Source: an uncultured Methanosarcinales archaeon
GTDB taxonomy: Archaea; Nanobdellota; Nanobdellia; Woesearchaeales; JAGVZT01
Direction of reading: 5' to 3'
Length of the DNA stretch: 46,213 nt
Assembly (NCBI GenBank): GCA_964419615.1
Contig: CAYQPU010000009.1
Span: 1 to 46,213 of the forward strand
Numbering within the stretch: the stretch's first letter is position 1; every line of letters starts with the position of its first letter. The translations under genes were made by a program, and so were the position numbers. Positions 1 to 10,118 of the stretch are shown here, piece by piece. Under the pieces are notes generated by a model. That model was given only the letters and a program-made list of their open reading frames with translations, made no database searches and was not told the DNA's origin.

Positions 1-1604
1 GTTTCAGTACAAGTTCTTGATTGGGTTCCATCTGATTGGCAAGCATTCCAAGCAGGTTCGCAATCCCAATTCTCTTGGCACCCAGATTGTTCTTGTACTC
101 CTGAATGATGTAGTCCCTCTACTTTAAAATAATCACCTTCTATTGTACAGGTAAATCCATTATGAAGCTGGCCATCACATTCTACTGATGTTTCTGATGT
201 TCCATCGCAACCACTACTTATTTCTGTTATGGATGCTATTTCTGCATCTTTTACACAAACAGATATGCTGCTTGGATTGTTGATTTTAACATAAACTGTT
301 TTTGTTTCTGATCCAAGGTCAAGTCCTTTAACTAAAACAGAACCAGCTTCAGCTTCGATTTGAATTTCTGACCAGTCCAAATCATTAGAGTCAAAGTCAA
401 ATTCAAAGTCTACAACTGTTTGAGTATTATCTTTAATTACAACTTGTTTTGTTCCTGTTGCACTGCTTGGATTTGTTTGGCCATCAATTTCTACAACTGG
501 AGATATAGTTGTTGATTCAATGTCTGCTACTTGTCCAACAATGTTGTCTGATGAATCGTCCACACCATCATTATCTTTATCATTTGGATATTGATCACAT
601 CCATCTCCTAATCCATCATTATCAGAGTCTAATTGATTAGGATCTGTGTCATTTGGACATATATCACATGCATCTCCAAGATCATCTCCATCTGAATTTG
701 TTTGATCTGAATTTGATGTGTTTGGGCAGTTGTCCTGGTCATCTAAGATTCCATCATTATCGTCATCAAGATCTGCCAACTGTTCATTAATTGTTAATTG
801 TACTTCACCTGAATCAACATCTGTTACACTATCTGAGACTGTAAAGTAGTATGTTAATGTTGATTCTTGAGCAAAACTTGATAAGTCAATTGTTGTTTGA
901 CATTGTTTGTTTTCTCCATTTATACAACCAGTTAATGTTTTGGTTTGATATGAATTATCATTGTTTTTGTAGTATAAAACTACTGTGTTAAGATTAGCTT
1001 CAGTGTATGTAACTGAAAATGGTTCACTGTTGTTTCCTTCTAAGTATGTTTGAGTTGGAAATGTTGAGTGAATTACAGGTGCTAAAGTGTCAACTGAAAA
1101 GCTCACTGAATCTGATCCAACTGATCCTTCTGCATTTTGTGCAAATACACTTACTGAATGATCTCCATCACTTAAAGTAGTTGTTGGAAATAAGAAATCA
1201 TATGTTGTTTGACAGTTGTTTTCACAAACTGTTACTGATGAACCACCATTTAATTGATAGTATATTTTCTGAATAGCTTGATTAACATTAAATGTTAATT
1301 GGACTCTATCTTCTCCATAGACTTGATCTGTTGGAGAAGTTATTGTGACTGTTGGTATGCTAACAGAAGTGCTTCCTCCACCACTACAAGAACAACCACC
1401 AAGCCCATTACAATAGTCTGGATTTGTTGGAATACCATTGTTAACACAGATATTCATACAACAATCAGAACCACATGTGTAAATTGGTGTTGACTGGCCT
1501 GGAAGCGTAATTGTTTCTCCCCTTTCCAAACAAATAATCTCATAGGCTGCTGCAAAATTAATTGCTAAAACTAATAACATAACAAATACAAGTATTTTTT
1601 TCAC
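1..1604 (-). CDS. Secreted surface protein (3' end truncated by window edge): Cys-rich N-terminal domain, Ig-like domains, thrombospondin type-3 Ca-binding repeats
   Basis: Not in ORF track; translated by hand from GTG at 1604 (SD GGGGGTGGAG): MKKILVFVMLLVLAINFAAA signal peptide, YEIICLERGETITLPG..YTCGSDCCMNIC, later DDDNDGILDDQDNCPNTSNSDQTNSDGDDLGDACD and DSDNDGLGDGCD; frame open to base 1. Confidence 0.9.
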   Translation of the reverse strand, partial: MKKILVFVMLLVLAINFAAAYEIICLERGETITLPGQSTPIYTCGSDCCMNICVNNGIPTNPDYCNGLGGCSCSGGGSTSVSIPTVTITSPTDQVYGEDRVQLTFNVNQAIQKIYYQLNGGSSVTVCENNCQTTYDFLFPTTTLSDGDHSVSVFAQNAEGSVGSDSVSFSVDTLAPVIHSTFPTQTYLEGNNSEPFSVTYTEANLNTVVLYYKNNDNSYQTKTLTGCINGENKQCQTTIDLSSFAQESTLTYYFTVSDSVTDVDSGEVQLTINEQLADLDDDNDGILDDQDNCPNTSNSDQTNSDGDDLGDACDICPNDTDPNQLDSDNDGLGDGCDQYPNDKDNDGVDDSSDNIVGQVADIESTTISPVVEIDGQTNPSSATGTKQVVIKDNTQTVVDFEFDFDSNDLDWSEIQIEAEAGSVLVKGLDLGSETKTVYVKINNPSSISVCVKDAEIASITEISSGCDGTSETSVECDGQLHNGFTCTIEGDYFKVEGLHHSGVQEQSGCQENWDCEPAWNACQSDGTQSRTCTE

Positions 1605-1697
1605 TTATCTCCACCCCCCCGGTTTAATTTTAATTGTTAAATAACATTTGTTATTTTAAAGTAATCTTTACCAACAACTATTGAAAAGTGGTACTTC

Positions 1698-1713
1698 TAT
1701 TTAAAGATTGTGG
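1698..1713 (-). promoter_or_regulatory. Candidate BRE/TATA promoter of the TSP3 surface gene
   Basis: Minus strand CCACAATC-TTTAAATA about 95 nt upstream of the start codon. Confidence 0.45.
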
Positions 1714-1745
1714 TGAAAGAAAATTGATATCTTTTTAGAACAGAA

Positions 1746-2417
1746 TTATTCTTTTATCCAAATTTCTTTATACTCCATATTAGGATCATGTAGTTTGAAT
1801 CCATGTTCTTTAAAGAATATATCAAGATCATAATGAGTAGGATCACTAAGAATATGGATTGTCGGGCTTTCTTTAGGTGTTATTCTAAATAGTTCACGTC
1901 CAATGAATCTGTAATAATCTTTATTATAGTTCATTAGCAGTTTGGTATCAAGAAATCCACAGCTTATGATAATTGCTGAGTTGTCTGGTTGGGTTAAGAG
2001 AAATTCTAGTGCATCTTGATGAATTACCTCAACACTTCCTTGGAGTCCTGCTAGAATAGCTTTTGTCTCTTTTGGTTTATATAATTCAGGTGCAACATAT
2101 TCTTTTATTCCTAAGTCAAATAAAGTTTTTGCGAGTGGTTTAGAACCAGGTCCTAATTCAATAACTCTTTTTCCTCGTAGAGAATTTGTTATAAATTCAG
2201 TATATCTTGTGTATGTGGACGGACCATTTTCTAAGTAATCCATAAAATGTTTGCTAAAATTATTATCTACCTCAGCATCTCCCTGGAATATTTCTCTGCT
2301 TCGGTATAATCTTCCAGCTAGTAAAATACTTTTTTTTCTGTGTGTATCAATTGATTCAAGTTCATCCTGATTTAGAGATTTGCCAGCAAAAAAATCAGTT
2401 AGTAAAGATTTGTCCAT
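1746..2417 (-). CDS. Class I SAM-dependent methyltransferase-like protein
   Basis: Motif I-like RVIELGPGS, acidic residue after the second strand (EYVAPE), IHQDALEFL; ATG at 2417 preferred over TTG at 2423. Confidence 0.55.
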   Translation of the reverse strand: MDKSLLTDFFAGKSLNQDELESIDTHRKKSILLAGRLYRSREIFQGDAEVDNNFSKHFMDYLENGPSTYTRYTEFITNSLRGKRVIELGPGSKPLAKTLFDLGIKEYVAPELYKPKETKAILAGLQGSVEVIHQDALEFLLTQPDNSAIIISCGFLDTKLLMNYNKDYYRFIGRELFRITPKESPTIHILSDPTHYDLDIFFKEHGFKLHDPNMEYKEIWIKE

Positions 2418-2480
2418 ACCCAAAGGGAATCTTGATTGGCTTAAAAAACTTGGTTAAAAATTAAAAGAAAAAAACAAAAT

Positions 2481-5400
2481 CTAAATTGGTTTACCCCAAA
2501 TAAAGATTGATCCATCTGTGAATTCTCCATTACATGGTTCTGGTTTTATTAAACGAACGGTCATTGTTATGTCATCACCAGGACTCATTAATGAGTTTGC
2601 ATCAATTATTAGTTCTCTTTGAGTTGGGTTTGAAGTTTCATATGGTATTGAGTCATATCCTTCTGCATCTGCATCAATATTTGTGAATGTTGAATGAACT
2701 CCTTTTACTGCATAATAGCAGAAATTATCACTATCACATCCTTCTTGACCTTCTCCCTCATTATCATTGTTTAGCCTCATTACATTTGAGGTTGGACATT
2801 TGGCTCCTGATGAAGCTGGATCATAAAAGTCGCTTCCAGATATAGTCATGTTAAGAATGACACCACCTTCTGCAAGGTTTGTTATGTAGATTGTATCATA
2901 TGCTGTGTGTCCTGGAAGCACGCTTCCAAAGTTTACATCTCCTTCAATGTCTATGTTTATTTCTGGGTTTAAGAACCAATTTTCTCTTATTGTTGAACCC
3001 CCTCTTAATCCATCAAGGTCTACTGCCTGCCATTGCAGCCAGTGTTCCCCATACATTGAGTTTTCAACTGTGAATGTACATGTGTACCAGGTCATGGTGT
3101 CAGGATTAAATACTGTTAAGTCTTCTTCTCCTTCTTTCATTCCCGGGATCATGTCTGTTCTTCCTAGATCAATGTCACAGTTAGCTTCAATGCAAATATC
3201 CATTGTGCCTTCTGCCGGCATTGCTGCAACAAATACATCATAGATTTTTTCTGGCATTCCATTTTTATCCCAGACAATTATGTCATAAGATAGTTTTTCA
3301 CCTTCAAATGCATAATTATGAGCTCTCTCATCAGCATTATAACCGAGCCATGGGCTTGAGTAGATTGTTCTTGAGCTTGTGTTGATAAATATTCTTGGTG
3401 CAAATTTCCAACCATCGTCTGGGTCGTGTCCGTCAACTAAGCATTCAAAGCATCCTTCATCTACTTCTCCGTCACAGTCATTATCCAGACCATCACAGAT
3501 TTCTTCTTCTTCATAGATTGCTCCAATGCATTGATCCCATTCATCCCATTCACAGCTTCCAGTACAGCCTCTTATTCTGGTTCCGTATTCACATTCTCCT
3601 TCATCTGTTGCTGGACCACAGAATAGATCAATATCAAAGTTTCCTTCTTCACAATCTGCATTACATAGGCCTGCAACACAATAACTGTTTGTGTCTGGTT
3701 CTGAACAGTCAGTTGAGCAGTCTGTACAGCCACAATCTGTATCACATGTATTATCGCATGAGTCTGCAACAATTGTACTGTCCTGGATTTTATCAGAGTC
3801 GTACTCAACTAATTTCTTATCTTCACAATAATCATTATAGGTTTCTGAGCATGTGTTTTCTACGCAATCTGTGTCTTCACCACACTCTGCGCCACATTCT
3901 CCCTCCACACATTCATAGTTAAATGGATCTGGTTCACAAACACAGTCTGTTACACAGTCTCCATAGGAATCTCTTGTTCCAAGTTTTGTTCCTAAACATT
4001 CTTCTGATACTTGGTCACATTGGGTGCTGTCTGAGGTGAGTGGATCACATTCTTCGCCAGGATCTAATACATTATTATCACAGCCTGGAACATATTCATA
4101 TTCACAGCCACAACTGTCTATATTACATGTGTCAATTGTGTTCGGATCTAAATCATCACAATCCAAATCTACTTTACATTCTGCTCCACACACGCCTGCA
4201 ACACAATAACTGTTTGTGCTTGGCTCTGAACAATCTGTTGAGCAGTCTGTACACCCACAATCTGTATCTGTATCACATGTGTTATCACATTGATCTTCAA
4301 CTAATGTGCTGTCCAAGATTTCATCTGAATCATATTCTACTAGTTTTGTATCATCACAATAGTCATTATAGGTTTCTGAGCAGGTGTTTTCTGTGCAATC
4401 TGTGTCTTCATCACACTCTGCACCACATTCGCCTTCAACACATTCATAGTTAAATGGATCTGGTTCACAAACACAGTCTGTTACACAGTCTCCATAAGAG
4501 TCTCTTGTTCCTAATTTTGTTCCCAAACATTCTTCTGATACTTGATCGCATTGGGTGCTATCTGATGTTAATGGATCACATTCTTCGCCAGGATCTAGTA
4601 CATTATTATCACAACCTGGAACATATTCATTTTCACAACCACAATCTGCATTACAGGTGTCAATTGTGTTTGGATCTTGGTCATCACAATCATCATCTGA
4701 GTCGCATTCTGCGCCACATGATCCTTCTAAGCATTGATAATCAAATGGATCTTCTTCACAGACACAATCTGTTACACAGTCTCCATAAGAATCTCTTGAA
4801 CCTGTTTTTGTTCCAAGGCATTCTGATGCTGATTGATCACAATAAGTGCTGTCTGAGGCAAGTGGATCGCATTCTTCACCAGGTCCTAGTTCACCATCAC
4901 CGCAATGGCCGATGTCTTCATACTCACAACCACAGCTGTCTAAATTACAAGTGTCTATTGTGTAAACAAATCCATCATCACAATCATCATCGGAGTCACA
5001 TTCTGCGCCACATTCTCCCTCTACACAATATGGATCTCTGGAAGGTGGTTCACATAATGGACCACAATCTGTACATCCACAGTCATTATCACATATGTTT
5101 AAGCATGATCCTACTACTGTTAGAGTGTCTTGTTGTAAGTTTCCATTATAGTCATATAATTTAGTACCATTAACACAATAATCATCATAATCTTCTCTAC
5201 ATGTATTCATATCACAATCATCAAATGTATCACACTCTGCTCCACATTCTCCTTGTACACATTCATAGTTAAAAGGATCTTCTTCACAGACACAGCCTGA
5301 GTCGCAATCACCATAGCTGTCTCTTGTTCCAAACTTTGTTCCTTGGCAGTCTTGAGTGGATTGACCACAAAAAGTACTATCTGATGCCAATGGATCACAT

Positions 5401-8255
5401 TCTTCACCAGGGTCTAGAATGTTATTGTTACAATCTGGTTGATATTCATTTTCACAACCACATGTGTCTAGATTACAGGTATCAATTGTGTTTGGGTCAA
5501 GATCATCACAATCTGAGTCAGTTTCACATTCTGCTTGACATTCTAAATCACAATACGTGTTTGTTTCTGGGACTGAACAGTCTGGATCACAGTCTGTACA
5601 GTCACATCCACCATCACATGTGTTATCACATGAGTCATCAACAGTTGTGCTGTCTAATGTGTGATCATCATCATATTCTACTAATTTATCACCATCACAA
5701 TAATCATTATAGGTTTCTGAGCAATCGTTTGGATCACAATCATCATTTGAATCACATTCTGCGCCACATGAGCCTTCTAAACATTGATAGTCAAATGGAT
5801 CAAAGTCACATAGGCATGAGTCTGTGCAGTCACCATACAAGTCTCGAGAACCTGTTAGTTGACCTACACAATCTGATGTGGATTGATCACAATATGTACT
5901 GTTTAACTGTTCTGGATCACATTCTTCGCCTGGGTCTAGCTCCTCATTTCCACATAATTCTGCTGGTTGACATTGCATATCGCAGCCATCTGTTCCAGGT
6001 ACTTTTTCATCACAAAATGAATGAGATGTACAACCAGGGAATTGATCTTCACAATTATCATCTTGTAGTTGACAGTTTTGATCACAATAGTCTTGCAAGA
6101 AATCTTCTCCATAATCACATGAAGCATGTACTACATTTGGTGGTTCACATTCTTCTCCGGGATCAATGTGTCCATCTCCACAATATGGTTGTGGATCGTT
6201 TTCACAACCACAGTCTACATTACAAGTATCTATGGTGTTTGGATCTTGATCATCACAATCAGAATCTTCATCACACTCTGCTCCACATGAGCCTTCTAAA
6301 CATTGATAATCAAATGGATCATCTAAACATTCACATACATCATTACAATCTCCATATGAATCTCTGGAGCCTGTTTTATATCCAAGACAATCTGAGGTTG
6401 TTTGATCACAGTAAGTGCTGTTTGTTTGTTCTGGGTCACATTCTTCACCAGGGTTTAGTTCTCCATCCCCACACACATCATCATATTCACAAATACATTC
6501 ATTACAAGTTCCAAAATCTCCACAATCAGAATCTGTTTCACATTCTGCGCCACATTCGGTGTCACAGTAAGAATCTAGTTCTGGTGCTTCACATCCAACT
6601 TCACAATCTGTACATGTACAGTCTCCATCACATGTATTTAGACATTTTTCTTTTATTGTGGTTGAACCTAGGATGTGGTCACCATCATATTCATATAAGT
6701 ATAAACCATCACAATAATCAGTATAAGTTTCTTCACAAGATTCATCTTCACAGTCCCCTGCTGAGTCACACTCTGCCCCACATTCACCTTCTACACATTG
6801 GTAAGTAAATGGGTCGTCAATACAAGAGCAACCTGAGTCACATAGACCAAATGAGTCTCTTACTCCTAGTTTGTATCCATAACAATCTTCGGTTGATTGA
6901 TCACAAGATAATGAGTCCTGACCTGGCGGGTCACATTCTTCGCCTGGATCTATTTCTTGATTACCACAATAAGGATCATATTCATTTTCACAACTGCAAT
7001 CTGAATTACATGTGTCTAATGTGGTTGGATCTGAGTCATCACAATCTGAGTCTTGATCACATTCTGCTCCACAATAACTTTCCACACATTGATAATCAAA
7101 TGGGTCTGGATCACATAAGCATTCATCTGTACAATCTCCATAATCATCTCTTGATCCAAACATAAATCCTAAGCAATCATCAGTTGATTGATCACAATAA
7201 GTACTGTTTAATTCTTCTGGATCACATTCTTCGCCTGGATCTAGTACCTCGTTCCCACATACAGGGTTATATTCATTTTCACAACCACAATCTGAATTAC
7301 ATGTATCTATTGTGTTTGGGTCCTGATCATCACAGTCTGAGTCTGTCTCACATTCTGCTCCGCAACTGTCCTTTACACATTGATAGTTGAAGGGATCATT
7401 TTCACATTCACAAATATCATTACAATCTCCAAGTGCATCTCTGGAACCTGTTTTTGTTCCCAGGCAATCTGATGTGGATTGATCACAGTATGAGCTGTCT
7501 GTTTCTTCTGGATCACATTCTTCGCTTGGATCTAGAATACCATCACCACATTCTGGATCAATATCTTCATAAACATATTTATGTTGCCAAAAGCTGCTTT
7601 CACATAAGCATTCATTGTCCATTTTTGTCCAAACTGAGAAATTGTATTCTCCAACTTGGGTTGGTGTGTATACAAAAGAAACATCAATTGTTTGTGAGAA
7701 AGGTATGTCCACTTGAATGTGGTCTGTTTGTTGATCATTTACATAAAAGTATACATCAACTGTGGAAACATAATAAGGGTCTAGTAAATTCGGTACTTCC
7801 ACACTATTAGTTGAAATATTATGAGACGCAAGAATTCTTGCTTTAACTGTGACTGGTTGGTTTAATTCTAATTGAGAAGGTTGAAGTTTAACCCATTGAA
7901 CTCTTGCTGCGCAATCAACTGCTTTGTCAAAATCTATATTAAAATCCCATGGTCCAAAACCTGTTACTTCTGATGTATCGATTATGTTGATGTTTGGAAA
8001 GTAGCAACCTTTGTAGGTGTATTGCGCATGATATATCATTCCAGGGTCTTGTTCTGGTATTTGGTATTGATTAGGGTTGCCATAAACATCTGCGATCTGA
8101 CTTGTTAATGTGGAACAAGTAATATCTGTACACTTATATACAGTTGTGTGGAAATCTCCATCTGGAGATGTAAGTCTTATGGCAACAGGATATGCTGCTA
8201 CAAACAAGGATAATAATATTAATGTAAATAAAAGTATGAATATTTTCTTCTTCAT
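2481..8255 (-). CDS. Giant (1924 aa) secreted Cys/Asp-rich surface protein: head + Ig-like domain, about 10 CG(D/N)xxLDPGEECD units, CDGLDNDCDG metal-binding motif, C-terminal domain paralogous to 8382-9485 and 13191-14279
   Basis: Signal peptide MKKKIFILLFTLILLSLFVAA from ATG 8255 (SD GGGGGG); repeats and C-terminal motifs (NYAFEGE, DKNG, GAKCPTSN, PEPCNGEFTDGSIFIWGKPI) are visible in the translation. Confidence 0.93.
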   Translation of the reverse strand: MKKKIFILLFTLILLSLFVAAYPVAIRLTSPDGDFHTTVYKCTDITCSTLTSQIADVYGNPNQYQIPEQDPGMIYHAQYTYKGCYFPNINIIDTSEVTGFGPWDFNIDFDKAVDCAARVQWVKLQPSQLELNQPVTVKARILASHNISTNSVEVPNLLDPYYVSTVDVYFYVNDQQTDHIQVDIPFSQTIDVSFVYTPTQVGEYNFSVWTKMDNECLCESSFWQHKYVYEDIDPECGDGILDPSEECDPEETDSSYCDQSTSDCLGTKTGSRDALGDCNDICECENDPFNYQCVKDSCGAECETDSDCDDQDPNTIDTCNSDCGCENEYNPVCGNEVLDPGEECDPEELNSTYCDQSTDDCLGFMFGSRDDYGDCTDECLCDPDPFDYQCVESYCGAECDQDSDCDDSDPTTLDTCNSDCSCENEYDPYCGNQEIDPGEECDPPGQDSLSCDQSTEDCYGYKLGVRDSFGLCDSGCSCIDDPFTYQCVEGECGAECDSAGDCEDESCEETYTDYCDGLYLYEYDGDHILGSTTIKEKCLNTCDGDCTCTDCEVGCEAPELDSYCDTECGAECETDSDCGDFGTCNECICEYDDVCGDGELNPGEECDPEQTNSTYCDQTTSDCLGYKTGSRDSYGDCNDVCECLDDPFDYQCLEGSCGAECDEDSDCDDQDPNTIDTCNVDCGCENDPQPYCGDGHIDPGEECEPPNVVHASCDYGEDFLQDYCDQNCQLQDDNCEDQFPGCTSHSFCDEKVPGTDGCDMQCQPAELCGNEELDPGEECDPEQLNSTYCDQSTSDCVGQLTGSRDLYGDCTDSCLCDFDPFDYQCLEGSCGAECDSNDDCDPNDCSETYNDYCDGDKLVEYDDDHTLDSTTVDDSCDNTCDGGCDCTDCDPDCSVPETNTYCDLECQAECETDSDCDDLDPNTIDTCNLDTCGCENEYQPDCNNNILDPGEECDPLASDSTFCGQSTQDCQGTKFGTRDSYGDCDSGCVCEEDPFNYECVQGECGAECDTFDDCDMNTCREDYDDYCVNGTKLYDYNGNLQQDTLTVVGSCLNICDNDCGCTDCGPLCEPPSRDPYCVEGECGAECDSDDDCDDGFVYTIDTCNLDSCGCEYEDIGHCGDGELGPGEECDPLASDSTYCDQSASECLGTKTGSRDSYGDCVTDCVCEEDPFDYQCLEGSCGAECDSDDDCDDQDPNTIDTCNADCGCENEYVPGCDNNVLDPGEECDPLTSDSTQCDQVSEECLGTKLGTRDSYGDCVTDCVCEPDPFNYECVEGECGAECDEDTDCTENTCSETYNDYCDDTKLVEYDSDEILDSTLVEDQCDNTCDTDTDCGCTDCSTDCSEPSTNSYCVAGVCGAECKVDLDCDDLDPNTIDTCNIDSCGCEYEYVPGCDNNVLDPGEECDPLTSDSTQCDQVSEECLGTKLGTRDSYGDCVTDCVCEPDPFNYECVEGECGAECGEDTDCVENTCSETYNDYCEDKKLVEYDSDKIQDSTIVADSCDNTCDTDCGCTDCSTDCSEPDTNSYCVAGLCNADCEEGNFDIDLFCGPATDEGECEYGTRIRGCTGSCEWDEWDQCIGAIYEEEEICDGLDNDCDGEVDEGCFECLVDGHDPDDGWKFAPRIFINTSSRTIYSSPWLGYNADERAHNYAFEGEKLSYDIIVWDKNGMPEKIYDVFVAAMPAEGTMDICIEANCDIDLGRTDMIPGMKEGEEDLTVFNPDTMTWYTCTFTVENSMYGEHWLQWQAVDLDGLRGGSTIRENWFLNPEINIDIEGDVNFGSVLPGHTAYDTIYITNLAEGGVILNMTISGSDFYDPASSGAKCPTSNVMRLNNDNEGEGQEGCDSDNFCYYAVKGVHSTFTNIDADAEGYDSIPYETSNPTQRELIIDANSLMSPGDDITMTVRLIKPEPCNGEFTDGSIFIWGKPI
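3650..7550 (-). repeat. Intragenic tandem Cys-rich repeat array: 9 full units + 1 variant, joined by short and long linker modules
   Basis: Unit C-x5-DPGEECDP..S..CDQ...C.G.K.G.RD..GDC..C.C..DPF.Y.C....CGAEC; short linker D.DC.D.DP.T.DTCN.C.CE.EY; long linker with Y.DYC...L.EY...T....C.NTCD occurs 5 times; last two blocks repeat with a 531-nt period (3910 vs 4441). Confidence 0.92.
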
Positions 8256-8302
8256 AGTTTCCCCCCACAACAACTACAACTATTCTTGAGTAGTACTACC
8301 AA

Positions 8303-8321
8303 TATATAAACATTATTGTGG
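8303..8321 (-). promoter_or_regulatory. TATA box and upstream CCACAAT box of the giant surface gene
   Basis: Minus strand CCACAATAATG-TTTATATA about 48 nt upstream of the ATG. Confidence 0.55.
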
Positions 8322-8331
8322 TCAAATACCG

Positions 8332-8366
8332 AAAAAAAGAAAGAAAAATGTCACCAACCAGGTTGG
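8332..8366 (-). terminator. Hairpin + oligo-U terminator of the 8382-9485 gene
   Basis: CCAACC-A-GGTTGG (8354-8366) followed on the minus strand by T-rich tracts, just after the stop codon. Confidence 0.55.
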
Positions 8367-8381
8367 GACGAAATTATTGAT

Positions 8382-9485
8382 TTATATTGTTTCTGCCCAA
8401 AAATAAAAGTTTCCGTCAGTAAAGTCTCCACTACATGGCTCAGGAAGTTCTAACCTGAAGGTTATTGCCATTTCTGAACCTGGGCTTAAGATGTTGCCTG
8501 ACCAGTACCAACCATTAGGTCCTGTAAGTGGCAAATCTTGGATTATTTCAGCATCATCGTATAGATTTGTGCTAAATGATGTTCCATATTCAATGTTAAC
8601 ATAGCCTTCATCATCAACATCTCTAACAACTGCTGATCCAACTCTGTCTGTCTCCTGGTCATCTTTTGTTGAGTATGCACCATTAACTGCATAATACCTA
8701 AAATGATCCAGTGTTAGTTGGTTTGTACTTGGACACTTTGCACCAGAGGGATTTGGGTCTGTGAAATCTGAGCCTGTTATGAACATATCAAGCATCACGC
8801 CTGATCCAGATTCAGCTCCATTTCCAAGCAGAATTGTTTGGTCTGAGTATGATGTTGTTCCAGGTCTTACTGTTCCAAAACTGATTTCTCCTGTTAGCTC
8901 TATTGCAACTGTTGGATTTAGGAACCAATACTCATTCTCATCTAATGATGCTGATTGGTTATCTGAATCTACTACGTTTACAGTTATCCATCTTTGTCCA
9001 TGCATTGATGCTGCAGATTCTACTGTTAATCTACATGTGTAGTAATCCATCATGTCTGCATCCCAAGAAACCTGCTCTTCATCTATCCGTGCATTACAGG
9101 TATTTAACACTGTAGTGAAGGTTGTGTTTAGTGTACATGTGGTTTCTTTATCTATTCCATTACCTTGTGTTGTTCCTACTGACACATATACTTCATTAAT
9201 TGTTTCTTTACCGTTTTTGTCCATGGCTAAAACCAGCCATTCTATTTGTTCTCCTTCAAATGCATAGTTGTTTTCCCTTTCGGTCATGTTTTCTCCTGCA
9301 CCTGTTTGCCTTCCAGGAGTACTTGCATCATCAAGCACAACCCTGTGATCACAAAACCAGATCAAAGGTTCAAAATCTTCTGTAGCAACAGTAAAGTTAC
9401 CCAAACCTAAGCTCTGGCCAGTTGTGTCTGCAGTTACAACTGCAGCCAGCAAACAGATAAGGAGAATTAATCCTAGTTTTTTCAT
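8382..9485 (-). CDS. Secreted protein of an unnamed family (putative filament/S-layer subunit, paralog 2, 367 aa)
   Basis: ATG 9485 with SD GGGGTGA; signal peptide MKKLGLILLICLLAAVVTA; collinear with 13191-14279 (FEPLIW.CD.RVVLDD, NYAFEGEQI.W.VL.MDKNG, FGTVRPGT, GSGVM.DMFITG.DFTDP, GAKCP.TNQL, LSPG.EM..TFRL.LPEPC.GDFTDG..FW.E); sequons NFT, NMT, NTT, NQS. Confidence 0.9.
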   Translation of the reverse strand: MKKLGLILLICLLAAVVTADTTGQSLGLGNFTVATEDFEPLIWFCDHRVVLDDASTPGRQTGAGENMTERENNYAFEGEQIEWLVLAMDKNGKETINEVYVSVGTTQGNGIDKETTCTLNTTFTTVLNTCNARIDEEQVSWDADMMDYYTCRLTVESAASMHGQRWITVNVVDSDNQSASLDENEYWFLNPTVAIELTGEISFGTVRPGTTSYSDQTILLGNGAESGSGVMLDMFITGSDFTDPNPSGAKCPSTNQLTLDHFRYYAVNGAYSTKDDQETDRVGSAVVRDVDDEGYVNIEYGTSFSTNLYDDAEIIQDLPLTGPNGWYWSGNILSPGSEMAITFRLELPEPCSGDFTDGNFYFWAETI

Positions 9486-9701
9486 TAAGATATCACCCCT
9501 TTTTTTGACCAACTAAGGTAGAGTATGTTAGGTGATATTAATTAGTTGAGAAAGGTTTTTAAGAGGATTTTATTGTGATGGGTTGTTGACGAATTAGATT
9601 TGACTAAGAGTGGTAGTTAATTCTTGATTATTTCTTTACTCCGAAATAAACTGGTAAATTTGTCAGCTATACATATTAAATATTGAAAACCTCAGTTAGG
9701 T

Positions 9702-10118
9702 ATGACAAAAAGATACCTTATTGATACTTCAATATGGATTGATCTTAGGGAGGATAGAAAAGGTTACAATGGTGAACCCCTTGGAGAATATGCAATTAAA
9801 TTTCTTTTGAAAGTAAGACTGGAAAAGTCTAGAATTATTGTCACAGACCATTTGTATGAAGAACTAGGATCATTGTATAATCTCTCAGAAATTAGAAGTA
9901 TTTTTCCAATATTCCAAGATATTTTGGTTAAAGTTATTGTGAGTGAAAACCAAAAACAAGAAGCTGAAATAGAAGCAAAAGAGAGGAATGTTCCAAAGGG
10001 AGATGTACTGTTTGCTATTGTTGCAAGGGATAATGAATTAATATTGGTCACAAGGGACAATCACTTTAAAAAACTGAAAGATATATCAAAATATTATAAG
10101 CCAGAACAGCTTATCTGA
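9702..10118 (+). CDS. PIN-domain ribonuclease (VapC-like toxin)
   Basis: YLIDTSIWIDL, GDVLFAIVARDNELILVTRDNHF: PIN acidic active-site motifs. Confidence 0.9.
   Translation: MTKRYLIDTSIWIDLREDRKGYNGEPLGEYAIKFLLKVRLEKSRIIVTDHLYEELGSLYNLSEIRSIFPIFQDILVKVIVSENQKQEAEIEAKERNVPKGDVLFAIVARDNELILVTRDNHFKKLKDISKYYKPEQLI

Noticed and set aside
3395-7810. Long + strand ORFs (175, 137, 236, 494, 118, 125 aa) rich in His/Leu/Asn
   Set aside because: Antisense shadows of the Asp/Cys/Glu-biased giant gene; no SD, motifs or realistic composition
2481-8255. Selenocysteine/recoding or a frameshift-assembled giant ORF
   Set aside because: One continuous frame with no internal stops; repeat copies are diverged at silent sites, arguing against assembly duplication
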